The notes beneath the pieces were generated by a model, which had not been told where the DNA came from, ran no database searches, and was given only the letters and a program-made list of their open reading frames with translations. Below, in pieces: positions 59,527-64,000 of a stretch of 64,000 bases of DNA. Made by a program: the position numbers and the translations under genes. The stretch lies in the NCBI GenBank assembly GCA_964291625.2, contig OZ220089.1, positions 4,480,001 to 4,544,000 on the forward strand. Reading direction: 5' to 3'. How positions within the stretch are numbered: position 1 is the first letter of the stretch; each line of letters starts with the position of its first letter. The DNA is from Candidatus Latescibacterota bacterium. Lineage in GTDB: Bacteria > Latescibacterota > UBA2968 > UBA8231.

Positions 59527-61449
59527 GTGAAGATCCGGATCCGCGAACAGGAGGTGCTGGAGCACGAGGGGGGCGGCCACCTCAAGGAGATCCTCCTCGA
59601 GCACGACCGCAAGCTGCTGCGGGAGTTCGTCGCCGCCCGCCGGGGGGAGGAGTGGGTCGACTTCCACACGGAGCTCGAGGCCTCCGACGAGGTCGAGCTC
59701 GTCCCCTGGGAGGCCGACGAGGCGGCGTGGGTCTACCGCCACAGCCTGTCCCACGTCATGGCCCAGGCCGTGCGGCGGCTCTTCCCCGAGGCGCGGCTGG
59801 CCATCGGACCGGCCATCGACGACGGGTTCTACTACGACTTCGACGTGCCCGAGCCCTTCAGCGCCGAGGACCTGGGCCGCATCGAGAAGGAGATGAAGCG
59901 GGTGGTCCGCCAGAACCACCGCTTCGAGCGCGAGGAGGTCAGCCGCGACGAGGCCCGGGACCGCCTCCGGGACGAGCCCTACAAGCTGGAGATCCTCGAC
60001 GAGTTGGAGGACGACGAGTCCCTCACCTTCTACCGCGACGGCGACTTCGTCGACCTCTGCCGCGGCCCCCACGTGCTGAGCACGGGACAGGTCCGCCACT
60101 ACAAGCTGCTCAGCGTGGCCGGCGCCTACTGGCGCGGCGACGAGGGCAACAAGATGCTGCAGCGCATCTACGGCACCGCCTTCGCCAGCCGCGAGGCCCT
60201 CGACGGCCACCTGCGCATGCTGGAGGAGGCGAAGAAGCGGGACCACCGCCGCCTGGGGCGCGAGCTGGAGCTGTTCTTCTTCGACGACGAGGTCGGCCCC
60301 GGCCTGCCCCTGTGGCAGCCGAAGGGGACGGTCCTGATCGAGGAGCTGGAACGGCTGGCGAAGGAGACCGAGCGCGAGGCCGGGTACCTGCAGGTGCGCA
60401 CCCCCCACATCTGCAAGGACTCGATGTTCGTGCGCAGCGGCCACCTGCCCTACTACGCCGAGTCGATGTTCCCGCCCATGGAGATGGAGGGGGTGAAGTA
60501 CTACCTCAAGCCGATGAACTGCCCCCACCACCACAAGGTGTTCGCCTCGGCGCCGCGCAGCTACCGCGACCTGCCCCTGCGCCTGGCCGAGTACGGGACC
60601 TGCTACCGCTACGAGCAGTCGGGGGAGCTCTTCGGGCTGATGCGGGTGCGCTCGATGCAGATGAACGACGCCCACATCTACTGCACCCTCGACCAGTTCG
60701 AGGAGGAGTTCCTCGCCGTCTGCCGCATGTACCTCGGCTACTTCGAGCTCTTCGGCATCGACAAGTACGTCATGCGCCTCAGCACCCACGACCCGGCGGA
60801 TCTCGGGAAGAAGTACGTCGACGAGCCGCAGCTGTGGCTGGAGACCGAGGAGAGGGTGCGCCGCGCCCTGGCCAACGGCGGCATCAACCACGTCGAGGTG
60901 GCGGGGGAGGCGGCCTTCTACGGCCCCAAGATCGACGTCGAGGTCTGGAGCGCCATCGGCCGCGAGTTCTCGATCGCCACCAACCAGGTCGACTTCGCGG
61001 TGCCGGCCCGCTACGGCCTCGCCTACACCAGCGCCGAGGGCGCGGAGGAGACGCCGATCTGCATCCACCGGGCGCCGCTGGGTACCCACGAGCGCACCAT
61101 CGGCTTCCTGATCGAGCACTACGCCGGCGCCTTCCCCACGTGGCTGGCGCCGGTGCAGGCGGTGACGCTGCCCATCGCCGAGCGCCACGGGGAGTACGCC
61201 GAGACGGTCCGTCAGGCCCTGGCCGCCGCGGGTGTCCGTGTCGAGCTGCAGGCCGATCAGAGCCTGAACTACCGCATCCGGGCGGCGCAGAAGCAGAAGG
61301 TCCCGTACATGCTGGTCCTCGGCGACCGCGAGGTCGAGGACGGCAAGGCGGCCGTGCGTCTGCGCAGCGGCGAGAACCTCGATCCCATGGCGGTGGACGA
61401 GGCGGTGGCCCTCATCGCTGGCCGCATCGCCTCGCGGGCCCCGGAATAG
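59527..61449 (+). CDS. thrS: Threonine--tRNA ligase
   Basis: 'RHSLSHVMAQA','GPAIDDGFYYDF','DLCRGPH','RDHRRLG','KPMNCP','YRYE.SG.L.GL.RVR','AFYGPKID'. Confidence 0.98.
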   Translation: MKIRIREQEVLEHEGGGHLKEILLEHDRKLLREFVAARRGEEWVDFHTELEASDEVELVPWEADEAAWVYRHSLSHVMAQAVRRLFPEARLAIGPAIDDGFYYDFDVPEPFSAEDLGRIEKEMKRVVRQNHRFEREEVSRDEARDRLRDEPYKLEILDELEDDESLTFYRDGDFVDLCRGPHVLSTGQVRHYKLLSVAGAYWRGDEGNKMLQRIYGTAFASREALDGHLRMLEEAKKRDHRRLGRELELFFFDDEVGPGLPLWQPKGTVLIEELERLAKETEREAGYLQVRTPHICKDSMFVRSGHLPYYAESMFPPMEMEGVKYYLKPMNCPHHHKVFASAPRSYRDLPLRLAEYGTCYRYEQSGELFGLMRVRSMQMNDAHIYCTLDQFEEEFLAVCRMYLGYFELFGIDKYVMRLSTHDPADLGKKYVDEPQLWLETEERVRRALANGGINHVEVAGEAAFYGPKIDVEVWSAIGREFSIATNQVDFAVPARYGLAYTSAEGAEETPICIHRAPLGTHERTIGFLIEHYAGAFPTWLAPVQAVTLPIAERHGEYAETVRQALAAAGVRVELQADQSLNYRIRAAQKQKVPYMLVLGDREVEDGKAAVRLRSGENLDPMAVDEAVALIAGRIASRAPE

Positions 61450-61451
61450 CC

Positions 61452-62144
61452 GTGTGGAAGGGGCTGCACCGCCAGGCCCGGATCCTGTGGCGTTTCCGCT
61501 TTCACCTGCTCTGTGCCGCCGCCGCCCTGCTGTTGTGGGATACCTTCTGGATCAAGCCCTTCCGGGTCTTCGTGGTCATGGTCCACGAGATGTGCCACGC
61601 CGTCGCCGCCCTGGTCACGGGGGGAGAGGTCCTGGAGATGCGCACCGCCTGGGCCGAGCACGGCTACACCCTGTCCCGGGGCGGCTGGCCGGTGGTCATC
61701 GTGTCGGCCGGGTACCTGGGCTCGGCCCTGCTCGGCGCGGCGCTGATCTGGTCGGGGGTGCTGCCGCAACTGCAGCGGCTGGCCCTGCTCCTGATCGGGG
61801 CCGCGACCCTGGGCATGACCCTGGCCTTCACCCCCGCGGGCGGGATCGACTTCGCCTTCGGCATCGCCGGGGGCCTGGCGCTGATCTGCACGGCCATGTA
61901 CTCGGCGCGGTCCGGGTCGGCCGGGGCGGTGTGGCTGGGGGTGATGCTCTGCCTCTACAGCCTCCACGACTTCCGCACCGACCTGTGGCTCTTCGCCGAG
62001 CGCACCGACGCCGGCATCCTGGCGGCGCACCTCGGCCTGCCGTGGCTGGCCTATCCCATCGCCGCCGCCTGGGTGTGGCTGTCCTTGTGGGGGATGTACC
62101 GGGCCATGGGGTCGCTGGTGAAGCACGAGGCCTCCCAAACCTGA
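61452..62144 (+). CDS. M50B-family membrane metallopeptidase
   Basis: 'VHEMCHA..A..TGG','AGYLG','TDA..LA'; hydrophobic. Confidence 0.8.
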   Translation: MWKGLHRQARILWRFRFHLLCAAAALLLWDTFWIKPFRVFVVMVHEMCHAVAALVTGGEVLEMRTAWAEHGYTLSRGGWPVVIVSAGYLGSALLGAALIWSGVLPQLQRLALLLIGAATLGMTLAFTPAGGIDFAFGIAGGLALICTAMYSARSGSAGAVWLGVMLCLYSLHDFRTDLWLFAERTDAGILAAHLGLPWLAYPIAAAWVWLSLWGMYRAMGSLVKHEASQT

Positions 62145-62161
62145 AGGAGATCCGATAAGCC

Positions 62162-63946
62162 ATGCGCATGAGCCGTCTCTTCAGCCAGACCCTGCGGGAG
62201 GCCCCGGCCGACGCCCAGGTGGCCAGCCACGTCCTGCTGCTGCGGGCCGGGTACGTCCGCCAACTCGCCAGCGGCATCTTCAGCTACCTGCCCCTGGCGC
62301 ACAGGGCCCTGTCCAGGATCGAGCAGATCATCCGCGAGGAGATGGATGCCATCGGCGGCCAGGAGATCAAGATGCCCGTGGTCCACGCCGCCGACGTGTG
62401 GAAGGCCTCCGGCCGCTACGAGGAGTACGACGAGTCCCTCACCCGCTTCCACGACCGCCACGGCCGCGACATGGTCCTGGCCACCACCCACGAGGAGATC
62501 GTCGCCGACCTGGCCAGCCGCGAGATCCGCTCGTACCGGCAGCTGCCCGCCATGGTCTACCACTTCCAGACCAAGTGGCGCGACGAGGCGCGGCCCACCT
62601 CCGGACTGCTGCGGGTGCGCGAGTTCACCATGAAGGACTCGTACTCCCTCGACGCCTCGCAGGAGGGGCTGGAGGCCCAGTACCGGGCCCACTACCAGGC
62701 CTACTTCAACATCTTCCGCCGCTGCGGCCTGCCGGTACGGGCGGTGCGCTCCGACGTGGGCATGATGGGCGGCTCCGCGGCCCACGAGTTCATGTACCTC
62801 AAGGAGGTGGGGGAGAACACCCTGGCCCTGTGCGGCGCCTGCGGGTACGCGGCCAACACCGAGGTCGCCGCTTTCGCCAAGGCGGCGGCCGCCGAGGAGG
62901 AGCCCCTGCCCCTGGAGAAGGTGGCCACCCCCGGAGCGGCGACCATCGCCGAGCTGGCCGCCTTCCTCGACATCCCCGCGAGCCGCACGGCGAAGGCGGT
63001 CTTCCTGGTGGGCCGCTTCAAGGCCGCCGAGGACGGCCGGGAGTCCGGGGAGCGCCTCGTCCTGGCGGTGATCCGCGGCGACCTCGAGGTCAACGAGATC
63101 AAGCTCGCCAACGCCGCCGGCGCCCTGTCGCTGAGACCGGCCCACGACGAGGAGATCGCCGCCGCCGGGGCGGTGGCCGGCTACGCCTCGCCCTTGGGGC
63201 TGTCGGAGGACACCCTGGTGGTGGCCGACGACTCCGTGGTCTCGTCGCCGAACCTGGTCTCCGGCGCCAACGAGGCCGGGTACCACGTGCGCAACGTCAA
63301 CCACGGCCGCGACTGGCAGGCCGCCGTCGTCGACGACATCGCCCTCGCCGAGGCGGGCCACGCCTGCGCCGACTGCGGCGCCGCCCTGGGCATCGTCCGC
63401 GGCGTCGAGGTGGGCAACATCTTCCAGCTCGGCACCCGCTACACCGACGCCCTGGGCGCCTCCTTCCTCGACGAGCAGGGCCGGGAGCGGCCCGTCATCA
63501 TGGGTTCCTACGGCATCGGCGTGGGCCGGCTCCTCGCCTGCGCCGTCGAGGAGCACCACGACGACAACGGCCTCTCCCTGCCGGTGACCGTCGCTCCGTA
63601 CCAGGTGCACCTCGTCTCCCTGGCCAAGAGCGAGGGGCCGGCCCGGTCCGCCGCCGAGGCCCTCTACGATGAGCTGACCGCGGCCGGCGTCGAGGTCCTC
63701 TACGACGACCGCCCCGAGAACCCCGGCGTCAAGTTCAACGACGCCGACCTCATCGGCTGTCCGGTGCGGGTCACCGTCGGCGACCGCGGGTTGAAGAAGG
63801 GGACTCTCGAGGTCAAGCTGCGCGGCGCCGCCGGCCGGGGCGAGGAGGTGCCCGTGGCCGAGACCTCCGCCCGCGTCCAGGAAGAGCTGGCGGCGCTGCG
63901 GCGGCGGATCGAGGAGAGCGTCGGCCCGGTGGAGTACGCCGACTGA
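62162..63946 (+). CDS. proS: Proline--tRNA ligase (prokaryotic type with editing insertion)
   Basis: 'TLRE.PADA..SH.LLLRAG','THEE','K.RDE.RP..GL.R.REF.MKD.YS','EVGNIFQLG','MGSYGIGV.R'. Confidence 0.98.
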   Translation: MRMSRLFSQTLREAPADAQVASHVLLLRAGYVRQLASGIFSYLPLAHRALSRIEQIIREEMDAIGGQEIKMPVVHAADVWKASGRYEEYDESLTRFHDRHGRDMVLATTHEEIVADLASREIRSYRQLPAMVYHFQTKWRDEARPTSGLLRVREFTMKDSYSLDASQEGLEAQYRAHYQAYFNIFRRCGLPVRAVRSDVGMMGGSAAHEFMYLKEVGENTLALCGACGYAANTEVAAFAKAAAAEEEPLPLEKVATPGAATIAELAAFLDIPASRTAKAVFLVGRFKAAEDGRESGERLVLAVIRGDLEVNEIKLANAAGALSLRPAHDEEIAAAGAVAGYASPLGLSEDTLVVADDSVVSSPNLVSGANEAGYHVRNVNHGRDWQAAVVDDIALAEAGHACADCGAALGIVRGVEVGNIFQLGTRYTDALGASFLDEQGRERPVIMGSYGIGVGRLLACAVEEHHDDNGLSLPVTVAPYQVHLVSLAKSEGPARSAAEALYDELTAAGVEVLYDDRPENPGVKFNDADLIGCPVRVTVGDRGLKKGTLEVKLRGAAGRGEEVPVAETSARVQEELAALRRRIEESVGPVEYAD

Positions 63947-64000
63947 CGCCCGCGGGCTAATTCCGCTCCGCCTCCGGAACCTCGCTGCGCTGGGCGGGCT

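Overview
Very GC-rich bacterial window. The FlgD-Ig/T9SS-like C-terminal tails, dockerin/EF-hand 'DFDGDG..GFSDFFLF' motifs, DUF6785-like membrane proteins and many Gfo/Idh/MocA, PhyH and enolase paralogs resemble Latescibacterota/Poribacteria-type genomes (inference). Most of 0-39 kb and 43-57 kb is carbohydrate/sugar-acid catabolism plus secreted modular proteins (ankyrin, WD40, HEAT, CBM9-like, FG-GAP, M60 peptidase). 39.4-42.8 kb is a lower-GC defence/TA-like islet (ABC-type ATPase + DUF4276, DUF2442, Fic, HicB). The window ends with ALS, MOSC, thrS, an M50B peptidase and proS. Strongest unannotated signals: (1) a complete ribosome-mediated attenuator upstream of thrS (sigma70 promoter, 40-aa leader with 12 Thr, antiterminator and terminator); (2) a lipoprotein peroxiredoxin-like selenoprotein (UGA in UxxC followed by a SECIS-like hairpin); (3) a lacI cassette with recombination scars on both sides; (4) a 43-aa membrane microprotein next to a stand-alone PolX N-terminal domain. 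At least five single-base frameshifts look like assembly errors. All family assignments are by motif recognition, not database search.
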